Below, piece by piece: positions 63,241-64,000 of a DNA stretch of 64,000 nt. The translations under genes and the position numbers were made by a program. The notes beneath the pieces were generated by a model, which was not told where the DNA came from, searched no databases, and saw nothing but the letters and a program-made list of their open reading frames with translations. The stretch is from Antedon mediterranea (taxonomy: Eukaryota > Animalia > Echinodermata), in assembly GCF_964355755.1 (NCBI RefSeq), contig NC_092678.1, positions 7,332,422 through 7,396,421 on the forward strand. Direction: 5' to 3'. Position 1 is the first letter of the stretch, and each line of letters starts with the position of its first letter.

Positions 63241-63633
63241 AACTCACAACTCCACATATAACAATTTCTAACAGTTATTTTTACAGGTACTATTACATAA
63301 ACATATACAATTTTGAATACCTTTGAATAATGTTGCATAAAAAATAAAGAGTTGATAACAATTTATTTTAAACACATCTGTATTATCATGTTTTAAATTG
63401 TTTTATTTATTCCTTACAGTGATACATTAAAAGGAAGCACATGTGGTTTAAATAAATAATAAGTATAAATAAATATTTTATAGGTACGGACTGCTCTAGA
63501 GGTACATCCATGGCTACTTTTAAAATTTTGTTGAAGATTTTATCTTTCTGTAAAGTTCCATTTATTCGTATTTATGTATATTTTTCTAATTTATTAAAAA
63601 AAAAAAAAACATACATTTAATTAAATTTTTGTT

Positions 63634-63977
63634 AAATAGGCTTTATATTAAATTGTTTAATATGGTAAACAAAATTCTATGAATTTAATTTATTTTGATT
63701 AAATAATTAAATTAAGATTGTTATTTTAAAAATTAGAAACAACCAATAACTGATAATAATAAATACAATTTATACCATCACTTTAAAAGAAATAGGCTTT
63801 ATATTAAATTTACTATTTTAGTTAAAATACTAATAATATGGTAAAATAAAATTCTATGAATTTAATCTATTTTTATTAAATAATTAAATTAAGATTGTTA
63901 TTTTAATAATTAAAAATTAGAAACAACCAATAACTGATAATAATAAATACAATTTATACCATCACTTTAAAAGAAAT
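63634..63977 (+). repeat. AT-rich tandem duplication, two copies of ~160-185 bp
   Basis: AAATAGGCTTTATATTAAATT...AAATTCTATGAATTTAAT...CAATTTATACCATCACTTTAAAAGAAAT occurs twice in tandem. Confidence 0.85.
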
Positions 63978-64000
63978 CAATAATTTAAGAGATTAACGTT

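Overview
AT-rich, intron-rich eukaryotic genomic DNA; gene content and repeat types point to an invertebrate deuterostome such as an echinoderm (inference). By walking splice sites and reading frames by hand I reconstruct six protein-coding genes: an adhesion GPCR with GAIN/GPS and 7TM (+, 5' end not resolved, ends 23021), MRPS33 (+), LRGUK (-), PPP4R2 (+, head-to-head with LRGUK), SEC13 (+), and the 3' end of a probable CELSR/flamingo gene (-, ends ...SSNETSV*). Introns and intergenic space carry many MITEs, tRNA- and 5S-derived SINEs, a satellite with three nested transposons inside it (5575-13420), and a 41-bp plus 21-bp satellite pair (52869-58763) into which a dead, 5'-truncated LINE reverse transcriptase has inserted. 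Most notable: the 41-bp and 21-bp arrays share one core motif in opposite orientations; a chimeric 5S+tRNA SINE with a Deu/Nin-like domain; paired loss of one GPS disulfide in the aGPCR; a U12-type intron and a GC-AG intron in LRGUK; TAGGCCTA clusters just downstream of first exons. I found no CRISPR array and no prokaryotic-type system. All identifications come from motif recognition, not database searches.
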